From: a virus | Lineage: Duplodnaviria > Caudoviricetes | DNA length: 64,000 nucleotides | IMG/VR virus record: IMGVR_UViG_3300036985_005342 | Span: 658 to 64,657 of that record | Direction: 5' to 3' (one strand) | Part shown: piece after piece, positions 55,491 to 63,950 of the stretch | Layout: every line of letters begins with the position of its first letter | How positions within the stretch are numbered: position 1 is the first letter of the stretch | Program-made: the position numbers and the translations under genes | Notes under the pieces: model-generated | What the model was told of the DNA's origin: nothing | The model's input: only the letters and a program-made list of their open reading frames with translations | The model's database searches: none

Positions 55491-55915
55491 AATGCGTATT
55501 TTTCTGCTGTTTCGGGATTCATAATTAAAGCGACCCAGTCATCCTCACTGACTTCAACGTATTTGAGGCAACCCATTTCGCGAGCGTGTTTACGGATGGT
55601 CTCTTCGCTCATCCCCCACTCCTGCGATAATTTCTTGGGGTCAAAACCGCGACCATTCGCAAGACGCTTGATGTATTTAGTGGCACTCTCAGCAGGACGG
55701 CGAGGAAGCACACGCTTACCTTGAAGGTTGTATGATCCGCCAGTGGGCTGAACAGTCGCCGGTGTAGGCGTTGGGACCTCGCCGGTGACAAGCGCGTCCC
55801 TGACTACCTGAACGTCAGCGGCGTTTACCTTGTTCATATTCCGGCTAATGGCCCAGTTGCTTTTCTCAGGGTAGCGTTGCAGTGCCTCTGCTATCTTTTG
55901 TTGCTTTGTTGTCAT
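55487..55915 (-). CDS. Hypothetical HTH-like protein
   Basis: PEKSNWAISRNM and LSQEWGMSEETIRKHA segments; coupled to phosphoesterase. Confidence 0.6.
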   Translation of the reverse strand: MTTKQQKIAEALQRYPEKSNWAISRNMNKVNAADVQVVRDALVTGEVPTPTPATVQPTGGSYNLQGKRVLPRRPAESATKYIKRLANGRGFDPKKLSQEWGMSEETIRKHAREMGCLKYVEVSEDDWVALIMNPETAEKYAL

Positions 55916-56427
55916 GCTTTAATGAGTTTCTCTTGCCTGAAACGGATACGGCTACGGATCTTGGAAACATGACGGAGTTTTCGGTAAACCCCGCCGCCCT
56001 CACGGCTTCCACTGGCATCGGTATTACCTTCGATAGTGGCGATGTTTCCCGAGCTATCGGGAGACGACATGGCAAAGCCAATGTGTGAGAAGGTGAAGAC
56101 CACAATGTCGCCGGGGAGAATGTCGTCGGCGTGGGGCTTGCGCGTCCATGTAGTCGCGTCCTGAGCCAGAGACCAATTTTCCATGTCGTAGGCACCGGCG
56201 GTCTTCGGGCGTTTGAAGGATTTGGTTTCCTTGGCACCGCAGGACTTCAAAGCTTCGCGAACGACCCAGCACACGAAAGCTGCACACCAAGGCCAACCTT
56301 TTTTTGGGGTGAGCCAAGTTGCGGCTTTATACTCGTTCACACGGGGGCCACAGTTGCTCCCGTTGACTTCCTCAATTCCCACCTCGCCATTGGCTATGCG
56401 GATGATTTCTCTTACGAGATCCGTCAT
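55912..56427 (-). CDS. CHAP-domain endolysin
   Basis: PWCAAFVCWV, PGDIVVF, SHIGF, TIEGNT. Confidence 0.9.
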   Translation of the reverse strand: MTDLVREIIRIANGEVGIEEVNGSNCGPRVNEYKAATWLTPKKGWPWCAAFVCWVVREALKSCGAKETKSFKRPKTAGAYDMENWSLAQDATTWTRKPHADDILPGDIVVFTFSHIGFAMSSPDSSGNIATIEGNTDASGSREGGGVYRKLRHVSKIRSRIRFRQEKLIKA

Positions 56428-56430
56428 AAA

Positions 56431-56859
56431 TTATTTGGTTGCGTCAATCTCACGAGCGAGCGGGCCGCTAACTTGACCGACTCCGATTAGCTTGCCCTGA
56501 TCGTCATAGACTGGGATGCGGACGGACGCACGAGGCGGTTTGCCCGGCTCAAAAACAAGACCGCCCTTGGCTCCGGTTTCGGGGTCGAGGTAGCTGATCT
56601 GGCCAACGAGCGGATACTCGGAATCCGCGCACGACGGCAGGAATAGAATCGCGGCGGCAAGGGGGATGACAAGTATGCCAATGCGCTTGGCAAGTTCAGG
56701 CGCGTATTTGACAACCGCCCATGTGGCTGTTCCAATAGCGAGTAAGGCAATAGCGTTAGCTGCGTCTTCGGCCCCCTCGACAGGTAGCTTGGCTCGCTCG
56801 ATGAGCAAGAGGACAGCAGTGACAATCAAATGGCGGATGTAGCTGGATATAGCAGTCAT
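56431..56859 (-). CDS. Membrane lysis protein (holin/spanin-like)
   Basis: Hydrophobic segments then internal lipobox-like LFLPSC; adjacent to endolysin. Confidence 0.5.
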   Translation of the reverse strand: MTAISSYIRHLIVTAVLLLIERAKLPVEGAEDAANAIALLAIGTATWAVVKYAPELAKRIGILVIPLAAAILFLPSCADSEYPLVGQISYLDPETGAKGGLVFEPGKPPRASVRIPVYDDQGKLIGVGQVSGPLAREIDATK

Positions 56860-56927
56860 AGTTTTTGTTGGTTGGTAAGCAGTGCCTGACGCAGAAAAGC
56901 ACCCTTTGACGAACGTGTCAAGATAAT

Positions 56928-58073
56928 TTATGCAAGCGATACAGAAATGTTCAACGCATGAACTTTCAAGTCATCGGTCGAGGATGTGTTAGCGACAAAG
57001 ATCTCGACGTAGTCGTTGGTGGCTAGGGATACGAGAGCTGTCACGTTTACTTGATGGACTTCAGCAACGGTTTTGACTTCGCTCAGTGTCCGACTTTCGG
57101 AAATAACTGCCCCGTTTTTTGCAACAGCAAAAAGCGCAAGATCACTCGCACCGCCGGAGTGGGATACCGTGGCGTGAACACTGAAAATCCTTGGGGTGAT
57201 AATTCCGGTGTATTGGAGCCTGCCCAACGAGCCTGTGCCCCCTGTAAACTCATTGCTGGTGCCGGACACCGCTGTTGCAGGATTAACCACAACGAAGTTG
57301 TTCGTGCCGTCCGAGATGGTGCTAATCACGATGGTCTGCCCCGCGATGCTGAAATAGCTGGCGTAGCCTTTTGGCGTGGAGGAGCTTGTTCCTAAACCGA
57401 GGTTGGTGATGGTCGTCTCATGCTCGTTGAGGAGCGCAAGATACGCCGGGGTAAACATGATGTTCCCTGCGAGTGTCCACGTCTCACCGTCATCAAAAAG
57501 GATGTCGGCAAGGTCGGCTGCGTCCGGGGTGTAAGGGACTGTCTCAACAACCCATGCCGGGGTGCCGTTTGGGTTCCACCAGTAGCGAGCGAAGGCCGGT
57601 CCGGCGACTGTGACGTAATCACCGACCGCAGGAACAGGGCTAAAAGAGAAAGCGTTGACCGCTGCGATGTTCGCAAAGTTGCCACGGAAAAACCCAGCGG
57701 CGGGGAGATTGTCCAACTTGGTTTTCAGCGTGTTGGTAAAATCATTTGCGGAGAGAACTTTGGCACCGTCAACATCGACCTTGTTAGCGAGGTCGGCGAC
57801 AAAGGCCAGCGAGGAGGCAGGGATTGAGCTGCGCTTGACCAGTTTGCCGGTGGTGCCGTTAAAGAGAACGAGTTCATCGTTGACCGGAGCGGTTCCGCCG
57901 AAGACCACAGCATCCGTGCCGTCAGGTGCCTCGACCCATTCGGTCGCGTAATCGGTGCCAGAAGATTTGACGAGGATCTGGCCCGCACTTCCCCCGGTAG
58001 GGATACCTTTTCCTGCGGGCCCCTTGTGGCGAATGATGACCCTGTTCGGGCCGGATGTGTATGACTCAGGCAT
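56928..58073 (-). CDS. Tail fibre-like protein
   Basis: GIPTGGSAGQILVKSSGTDYATEW, KVDVDGAKVLSANDFT..KTKL, C1q-like C-terminus. Confidence 0.7.
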   Translation of the reverse strand: MPESYTSGPNRVIIRHKGPAGKGIPTGGSAGQILVKSSGTDYATEWVEAPDGTDAVVFGGTAPVNDELVLFNGTTGKLVKRSSIPASSLAFVADLANKVDVDGAKVLSANDFTNTLKTKLDNLPAAGFFRGNFANIAAVNAFSFSPVPAVGDYVTVAGPAFARYWWNPNGTPAWVVETVPYTPDAADLADILFDDGETWTLAGNIMFTPAYLALLNEHETTITNLGLGTSSSTPKGYASYFSIAGQTIVISTISDGTNNFVVVNPATAVSGTSNEFTGGTGSLGRLQYTGIITPRIFSVHATVSHSGGASDLALFAVAKNGAVISESRTLSEVKTVAEVHQVNVTALVSLATNDYVEIFVANTSSTDDLKVHALNISVSLA

Positions 58074-58077
58074 GGCG

Positions 58078-58401
58078 TTAATTTTTGTCGTCGATTTTGT
58101 TTAAGACCGTGATGAGCTTATTGTTCTGTTCCTTCCAATCGTCTCGAATTTCTTTTTCGAGATCGTCCTTGGCTTTGATGAACGCCGCACGTTCGGCGGT
58201 AAACTCCCTGCGTTGTTCCTGCAATGATTTCCAAAGGGTAATGCACCCGTAGGAAAGTCCGCCGATCAGCCCCGCCGTCCCGCCGACCTGAAGCCAAGGT
58301 GCGTGAGCGGGCACGGTTTCAGCAAGCCACATGATTCCCGACGAAGCCGCCGCAAGCATGTATCCGAGGACAGGTTGGAGTGGGTCGATGTGAGGTGTCA
58401 T
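58078..58401 (-). CDS. Holin-like membrane protein
   Basis: Two hydrophobic segments and a charged coiled C-terminus. Confidence 0.45.
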   Translation of the reverse strand: MTPHIDPLQPVLGYMLAAASSGIMWLAETVPAHAPWLQVGGTAGLIGGLSYGCITLWKSLQEQRREFTAERAAFIKAKDDLEKEIRDDWKEQNNKLITVLNKIDDKN

Positions 58402-58745
58402 GGCAAAGTGGGGCGGTTGTTCACAGCGATTGGCTCGGTATCAAGAAGCGGTTCGTCGCTCTCGTCGAGGCTCCCGATTACGTCGATCTGATAGATACTG
58501 TTTTTCAGTGCCAAGGTCTGCTCGCGGGTCAGCGAAAGGGTGAGAACAGAGTCTTCGGTTGAAACGCTAACGTCAACAACGAGGGCATTTTCAAAAATGC
58601 CTGTGACCTTATTCTTGACCGCGTCCTTTTCTCGAATCTGAGATTTGATTGTGTCGAAGATCGAGAGATCAGTCATGGGGCCGTCCTCATTATCGAGAAC
58701 GGTAAAGTCTTGTTGCCAAGAACGGCCCCTGACGATTTCGAGCAT
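58398..58745 (-). CDS. Structural protein (BppU N-terminal-like)
   Basis: LEIVRGRSW, LTLSLTREQTLAL, YQIDV pattern. Confidence 0.5.
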   Translation of the reverse strand: MLEIVRGRSWQQDFTVLDNEDGPMTDLSIFDTIKSQIREKDAVKNKVTGIFENALVVDVSVSTEDSVLTLSLTREQTLALKNSIYQIDVIGSLDESDEPLLDTEPIAVNNRPTLP

Positions 58746-58748
58746 GGC

Positions 58749-59132
58749 TTACGCTTGTGCGGTCCAAGTTCCGTTGTGGTTCTCAACATCCCAAGTTCCG
58801 GGAGTGAGACAGACCAAGGAGATCGTTTCACCGATTGCGTCGGCAACGATGTATTTCCCTGCTGTTTGTTGCACGCCGTTGGCAAGGGCAGCGGTCTCGG
58901 TCCCGTTGGGATCAAGGCGAAGCTCTTGCGCGGCTTGCACGATAGCGGTTACTCGCATTCCCCGCTCTGCGGCAGGGAGGGCGAAGGTTACAGCTCCCGT
59001 AGCGGCCTTGTTACTCACGACGACTTCATTCCAAGCCTGATCGCGGGTTACTGTGGTGTTTGCGGTAGCTACGACGGCGGCGGGGCGAAGTCTCGCCTCG
59101 ATACGTTGGATTATTCTGAATAATGCACTCAT
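58749..59132 (-). CDS. Putative capsid decoration/minor structural protein
   Basis: Start MSALF; SNKAATGAVTFALPAA..G..V motif. Confidence 0.55.
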   Translation of the reverse strand: MSALFRIIQRIEARLRPAAVVATANTTVTRDQAWNEVVVSNKAATGAVTFALPAAERGMRVTAIVQAAQELRLDPNGTETAALANGVQQTAGKYIVADAIGETISLVCLTPGTWDVENHNGTWTAQA

Positions 59133-59255
59133 AGCGACGGCAAGCTGAATGACGTTAGTAGAAAAGTCAACAACAAAAGAAAACCCCCGCCAAGGGGTTT
59201 CCTCGGCAGGGGCCACACATCGCACGAACACTACCAAATGATCTGCGCGGGAGAA

Positions 59256-59609
59256 TTACGACTTATCGACGGACGTGTCAAGCTTTTTCATCCAGCACTT
59301 GTCGGGACGTTTTTTGGCTTCTTCGGGTGAGTCCTTGTGGAGATCATCTTCTGTGGCAGGGATGAGCAGCATGAAGGAGCAACCACACACGCCGCACTTC
59401 TGGCCGTTGAGATCCGCAGGAACGCGATGCTTGTTGGCCAGCACTCCGAGATAGCGAGAAATCTTGGACGGTGCGCCTGTCACGCGCCGTTTCATAGGGC
59501 ACTTAGCGCAGATGGTAGCGCGGCGGAAGACTTCGTCAGGGGAAACCACATTCCCGTTGACGGCTTCGGTGAACGCCTTGATGGCGGCGATGGCTCCGGT
59601 GATGTTCAT
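59256..59609 (-). CDS. Cys-rich hypothetical protein
   Basis: RRATICAKCP, KCGVCGC, PDKCW. Confidence 0.65.
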   Translation of the reverse strand: MNITGAIAAIKAFTEAVNGNVVSPDEVFRRATICAKCPMKRRVTGAPSKISRYLGVLANKHRVPADLNGQKCGVCGCSFMLLIPATEDDLHKDSPEEAKKRPDKCWMKKLDTSVDKS

Positions 59610-59645
59610 GTCGGTATTTTGGTTAGGTAATTGCGCCGGTGATAT

Positions 59646-60065
59646 TCATCCCCAAACCTTCAGTATGTGGTTGCAGGTTTCAAGCGCGGATTTCAACGGC
59701 TCGACGGAACGTGGCGAAGCATGGGCGCAGTAGAGGTGGTTCAAAGCCAAACCCAAGAAGCCCGAGAAGCGTGACTCCCAACTCAGCACGGCCTTGATGG
59801 ATGTAGGTCCGTCGTTACGCGGGAGATAGGACGGGTCCTCGCGCATGAACTTCCAGCGGAAGCCTTCGCGCCGTTTGATCTCGTCCTCGATATACCAGAT
59901 CGCCTTCTTGATGTCCTGCATCGTGTTCTCTTTTTTGTCGCAGCGGTAGAGATACTTGAAAGCGTTGCCCACGTTGAAGGACATTTCGCGGGTGATGGTG
60001 ATTGCCTCAATGCCGGAGGGGTGAGAGCAATAGTGGGTGGGGTGGTTGACGGGGTCGTGGTTCAT
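59646..60065 (-). CDS. DUF3310 protein (T7 gp1.7-like nucleotide kinase family)
   Basis: DPVNHPTHY, GIEAI, GNAFKYLYR, DIKKAIWY. Confidence 0.85.
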   Translation of the reverse strand: MNHDPVNHPTHYCSHPSGIEAITITREMSFNVGNAFKYLYRCDKKENTMQDIKKAIWYIEDEIKRREGFRWKFMREDPSYLPRNDGPTSIKAVLSWESRFSGFLGLALNHLYCAHASPRSVEPLKSALETCNHILKVWG

Positions 60066-60066
60066 G

Positions 60067-60213
60067 TTATTTCGGTTCCTTACAGATGTGATATTGACTG
60101 CACTTCTCGCACTGGTAGCAGAACCACGGATTGACGCGGCCCGGCTCGACGCAGGCGAAGATGGCTTTGCAGGCTTCCGCAAGGGTGCCTCCTTTCTTGG
60201 TGCATCTGCTCAT
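60067..60213 (-). CDS. Small Cys-rich protein
   Basis: 48 aa from MSRCTKKG; CYQCEKC..C. Confidence 0.5.
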   Translation of the reverse strand: MSRCTKKGGTLAEACKAIFACVEPGRVNPWFCYQCEKCSQYHICKEPK

Positions 60214-60479
60214 CTCCACTCCTCCAGAAATTCGTTCATCATCGCCTCGGTCTCGAAGCCGATCCATGTGTGGCCGCGCACGGTGGCGGAACCTATCATC
60301 CAGTTGCCGTCGTTGCGCCCGATGGGGCACCGGCCACGGCCATAGCGGTCGCACAGCCATTCGTAGATCTCCTCGTAGCGGATGCTGCCGAGGTGGTCGG
60401 TCCAGTGGTTCACCATCCAAGGCGTGTGTATCCACACGAACTTCAGGCTCTTGTCGAGATTTTGGTAGAGTTCAGTCAT
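60210..60479 (-). CDS. Hypothetical protein
   Basis: Start MTELYQNL; coupled. Confidence 0.6.
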   Translation of the reverse strand: MTELYQNLDKSLKFVWIHTPWMVNHWTDHLGSIRYEEIYEWLCDRYGRGRCPIGRNDGNWMIGSATVRGHTWIGFETEAMMNEFLEEWR

Positions 60480-60657
60480 CTTCGTCTTCAAGTTGTTCCA
60501 TGTCCTCCTCGAAATCCAGATCGGTCTGAATCCGGTGCATCGTGCGGGCGAGGTAGCCCAGCACGAAAAAAGCATCCAGATCGAACTCGTCGGCAATCTG
60601 GTCGATGCGCTTGTCAACCTCACGGATGAAGATTTGTTCTTGCTCGTAGCGGTCCAT
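60472..60657 (-). CDS. Small acidic protein
   Basis: Start MDRYEQEQ. Confidence 0.55.
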   Translation of the reverse strand: MDRYEQEQIFIREVDKRIDQIADEFDLDAFFVLGYLARTMHRIQTDLDFEEDMEQLEDEDD

Positions 60658-60658
60658 A

Positions 60659-60862
60659 TTACTTTCCCAAAAGATCTTCCCACGAACAGCCCAGCGCACG
60701 GCGTAATTTGCGTAACGCTGTGGTGGATGGCTCGCGGCGGTAGTTCTCGTAGTGCGAGACCGTGCCGGGGCCAAAACCACAGACATGCTCCAGATGCTTC
60801 TGGGTGATCCCCATTGCAATCCGCACGCGATGGAGCTGGTCTCCGAATGTGGTGTTGTTCAT
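60659..60862 (-). CDS. XRE-family HTH regulator
   Basis: FGDQLHRVR..GITQKHL...TVSHYENYRREPS..LRKLRRALGCSWEDLLG. Confidence 0.85.
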   Translation of the reverse strand: MNNTTFGDQLHRVRIAMGITQKHLEHVCGFGPGTVSHYENYRREPSTTALRKLRRALGCSWEDLLGK

Positions 60863-61089
60863 GCTATCTGTTTTTCGATCTGGCTCACCAGCTCGGCGAT
60901 AGTGGTAGGCCACACGTTCTCGATGTCAATCTCAATCCCAAGACGTTGACCGACCTCGATCACAAAACGTGTGATGTCAAGGCTGTCCATGTTCAACTCT
61001 TGGAAGGTGACGTTCGGATCGAAGGGGTCTTCGCCTTGGATGAAAGCGTTTTCCTCCAGCACTTCTTGGATGACTTTGATGACGTTCAT
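60859..61089 (-). CDS. Acyl carrier protein-like
   Basis: 76 aa acidic; FQELNMDSLD phosphopantetheine motif; LGIEI...TIAELV. Confidence 0.8.
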   Translation of the reverse strand: MNVIKVIQEVLEENAFIQGEDPFDPNVTFQELNMDSLDITRFVIEVGQRLGIEIDIENVWPTTIAELVSQIEKQIA

Positions 61090-61274
61090 ACCAGCCCGAA
61101 TTTGAGGATGAGCTTCTTCAACTGCCGCTTGGGATTGATCCGGCGGTGTTGGCGATAACCGTGGCGATTGGGGCGATTGAACTGACGATCCACAAGCTGA
61201 TTGATTTGCTCGTCTCCGTTGTTCATGTATCGGGTGATTGCTGCGTTGAGCAGTTTGTTTCTTGTTGCGTTCAT
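61086..61274 (-). CDS. Small basic protein
   Basis: 62 aa, coupled to ACP. Confidence 0.55.
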   Translation of the reverse strand: MNATRNKLLNAAITRYMNNGDEQINQLVDRQFNRPNRHGYRQHRRINPKRQLKKLILKFGLV

Positions 61275-61281
61275 AGAGTTG

Positions 61282-61392
61282 TTATCTGTTCATTACCCAC
61301 ATCATTGTGGCCAAGCCGAAGACCGTTCCAACGAGGGCGAAGGCTTCGGACCATGTTGTTGCCGAGTTTGTTATTTCTGCTATTGCGTTCAT
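61282..61392 (-). CDS. Small membrane peptide
   Basis: 36 aa MNAIAE...AFALVGTVFGLATMMWV. Confidence 0.45.
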   Translation of the reverse strand: MNAIAEITNSATTWSEAFALVGTVFGLATMMWVMNR

Positions 61393-61396
61393 AGAT

Positions 61397-62185
61397 TTAT
61401 TGCTTTGCTGCTTTAATGATGAGATCGACGAAGATGTCAAGCCCAGTGTCGCGGATGTCCGCGTAACATCCAAAATATCTCTGGAGGATGTTCTTCGCCT
61501 CGGCGGCGTAATCGGGTTCAGGGTGGGGTCTCACCACATCCAATGCGGGGTCGCACATCGCCTTCACCAACCCCGGCACCTTGGCGCACAACACATCCTC
61601 CTGCGTGGTGCCATCGTCGCTGGTGTATGCGGCTTTCCCGATGGCTTGCCCACACTGGATGACTAGGTCGCGATAGTATTCCCGCGCTTTGTTGAAATCC
61701 GTTGCGGTCGCCTCCCAGTTGTCGCGTTCTTTTTTCAGTTGCTCGATCATGTCCGGCAACCTCGCGACCATGGGATCAGCAGCGAAGTTGGAATCAATTT
61801 TGTGGCAACATTTAATCAGAAGCGCAGCCATCCCGTCGGCACGGCTAGTCTCGTTTTTGTAGATGGATTTGTAGGTGTTCAGCTCCATCTTTAGCAGCTC
61901 GACTTCCTTCTCCAACGCTTCCGCGATCCCTTGCGCTGCATCCAGCTCGGTGCAGAGTTTCTCGATGAGGGGGATGTCGGAGGTGGAAGCCACAGCTTCC
62001 CAGTAGTGGTAGTCGGCGAGGCCGTTGGGGGTGGCGTAGGGGCGATACGCCGGATCACCCCGGAGTTCGTCCCACACCGTCAAGTATCCTGCGATTTCCC
62101 GTCCGGGGTTCCACCCCATGCCACGGTATTGCCACGTGTGGCCGGTCGGGGGTTCTGGTAGTTGTATTTCTGGTTCGTTGTTCAT
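61397..62185 (-). CDS. Hypothetical coiled-coil protein
   Basis: Start MNNEPEI just downstream of a promoter. Confidence 0.7.
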   Translation of the reverse strand: MNNEPEIQLPEPPTGHTWQYRGMGWNPGREIAGYLTVWDELRGDPAYRPYATPNGLADYHYWEAVASTSDIPLIEKLCTELDAAQGIAEALEKEVELLKMELNTYKSIYKNETSRADGMAALLIKCCHKIDSNFAADPMVARLPDMIEQLKKERDNWEATATDFNKAREYYRDLVIQCGQAIGKAAYTSDDGTTQEDVLCAKVPGLVKAMCDPALDVVRPHPEPDYAAEAKNILQRYFGCYADIRDTGLDIFVDLIIKAAKQ

Positions 62186-62194
62186 GTCGGGGGC

Positions 62195-62224
62195 AGTCGT
62201 AGGCTGGGCATACGGATGTGTCAA
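62195..62224 (-). promoter_or_regulatory. Promoter of the leftward accessory operon
   Basis: TTGACA-N17-TACGACT, 9 nt before ATG 62185. Confidence 0.6.
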
Positions 62225-62367
62225 GAAAAAAGTTTGACGGGTTGGTATAGTGGGGTAGTTGACGGATACGTCAGGTAGGGGTCGATTGAGAAAATCGAGA
62301 TTCTGTATTTGTGCGCCCACCGCTGGCGACCTCCCGCGCTGGCGATTCTGCCCGGGAAGCCCCCCCA

Positions 62368-62459
62368 CCGGTGCCCGTGCCGGTGCCGGGGAACCTTCAA
62401 CCCACCCCATACCCCCCGCCCCGGTGCCGGTGCCCGCCGGTGCCGGTGCCCGGTGCCCG
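62368..62459 (+). repeat. Cluster of (CCG)GTGCC repeats
   Basis: Eight GTGCC in ~90 bp of non-coding DNA. Confidence 0.85.
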
Positions 62460-62495
62460 CTTCAATCCAAAGATTGAAACGCTTGTTTCAATCAA

Positions 62496-62581
62496 ATGAC
62501 ATACGACAAAATTGTCGCATGTTCTATTTACTAGAAACGTAGTAAATGGACGCATGAAATACGACAAAATTGTCGCATGTT
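62496..62581. promoter_or_regulatory. Two 28-bp near-palindromic direct repeats flanking a YTACY-N8-AGTAR site
   Basis: ATGA(C/A)ATACGACAAAATTGTCGCATGTT at 62496 and 62554; TTACTAGAAACGTAGTAA at 62528-62545. Confidence 0.8.
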
Positions 62582-62672
62582 GGTATCTGAAAATAAAATG
62601 AAAAAAGCTTGTGCCGGTGCCTTTCCTTTTCTACCTTGTCCGCGTGCCCGCAAACAAGGGCACGCTTTACAC

Positions 62673-62891
62673 ATGAAAATAAGAGAGATTATTGAAAGTT
62701 GGAAACCGGAGCTTTGCCTTTCTGGCATTTTTTCGGCAGTCATAGCCATGGCTATTTTAGGTATCAATGGAGCATCAGAGAAACGCTATTCAGAAGAAAA
62801 TTTTCGCGCTTGGAATAAAATCCACGGCACGGAGTTGACTTTCCAAGAATGGAAAAGTCTAAGCCTCAACGGCCTTTTAGGAAACAAGTAA
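62673..62891 (+). CDS. Small membrane protein
   Basis: Start MKIREI; one hydrophobic segment. Confidence 0.55.
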   Translation: MKIREIIESWKPELCLSGIFSAVIAMAILGINGASEKRYSEENFRAWNKIHGTELTFQEWKSLSLNGLLGNK

Positions 62892-62905
62892 GAAAAAGTA
62901 AGAAC

Positions 62906-63379
62906 ATGAAAACACTGGAAATAAACATCGGCCTAAGCTCGAAAGAGTTTGGGGAAATTCACCCGGAAACGGCCTTGAATGAGCTACGCATTCAAGGCTT
63001 TGAAATTCTAACCTACCGCTTGCAAGAATCCACTTGCGACGACGGCGCGGAAACGTGCCTATCGGCGCGCGTCGGCCTTCCTGATGATTGGCAAGTTGGC
63101 CTCTCCTATCTTGCCGACAAGCTCGGACAAGATTGTATCGCCATTGCCGGTTTCACCGGTGCCCGCCCCTATGCAAGTTTTGACGCTTCGCTATGGGTGC
63201 CGGTGGATGAGCAGGAAAACACGGCAGACTTTGAAACGGAGGAAAGGCTTTTCCGTGCATCACGTAAAGGTGGCACTGTGGAAACTTGGGAGCTTGTGCT
63301 TTCTTCACCGGATACCGGAGAAGACTTGCAAGAGCAGGCCTTCAACGGTTTACAAGACGCGGGAATTCTTGACGCTTAA
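62906..63379 (+). CDS. Hypothetical acidic protein
   Basis: Start MKTLEINIGL; LGQDCIA motif. Confidence 0.65.
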   Translation: MKTLEINIGLSSKEFGEIHPETALNELRIQGFEILTYRLQESTCDDGAETCLSARVGLPDDWQVGLSYLADKLGQDCIAIAGFTGARPYASFDASLWVPVDEQENTADFETEERLFRASRKGGTVETWELVLSSPDTGEDLQEQAFNGLQDAGILDA

Positions 63380-63400
63380 ACCCTAACCCATCAAACCATC

Positions 63401-63817
63401 ATGAAAACATTAAGAGACTGTGCATTTCATTTCCCAAACCATAAGAGCGTGATCTGTCATTCCGCCCGCCACCGTTCAACGTTCCGCCTTTCGGCCGACG
63501 CGACAAAGACGGTGTTTCCAAAGAACGGAAACCCATACCAGCGCGCCTTCACCGGGTGCCGGTTGGCTTTCCGCTCGTTCTGGTATTGGAGCAGGCAAGA
63601 GCAGGCCGCAATCAACGCTTGGATTGAAGCCATAGAAGAGGAAAGGGGATGGGAGCAGGCCGACAAAGAAGCGTGCATAGCGTCCCGCCCCGGTTGGAAA
63701 TTTTCCGAAAGGAAACGCCCCGGCTTTGGGTATCTGTCTGCCGCCCGTGCCGACGGTGCCCTTGCCGTTCATCACTCTGCTAACTCATGGAGGGAGCTTC
63801 ATTACGTGACAAAGTAA
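63401..63817 (+). CDS. Hypothetical protein
   Basis: 138 aa, C/A-rich leader. Confidence 0.6.
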   Translation: MKTLRDCAFHFPNHKSVICHSARHRSTFRLSADATKTVFPKNGNPYQRAFTGCRLAFRSFWYWSRQEQAAINAWIEAIEEERGWEQADKEACIASRPGWKFSERKRPGFGYLSAARADGALAVHHSANSWRELHYVTK

Positions 63818-63900
63818 ACTCCCATACATAGAAAACCGCGCAAGCGGTATCTGGATGGCCACTGTGGCGTAATCTGTAAAGGTTACGCCACTTTCCGTTT

Positions 63901-63950
63901 CGCCGGTGCCGGGTGACGGTGCCGGGTGACGGGTGACGGTGCCGGTGCCG
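63901..63950 (+). repeat. Second GGTGCC/GGTGAC repeat cluster
   Basis: CCGGTGCCGGGTGACGGTGCCGGGTGACGGGTGACGGTGCCGGTGCCG. Confidence 0.8.

Noticed and set aside
8540-59609. Stop-codon reassignment or introns/inteins in core genes
   Set aside because: PolA, TerL, portal, capsid, helicase and prim-pol are continuous and of ordinary length in the standard code
62496-62581. Mini CRISPR array (28-bp repeats, 30-bp spacer)
   Set aside because: Only two repeats, no cas operon, and the spacer is itself a motif recurring elsewhere in the genome; operator array fits better, though not formally excluded
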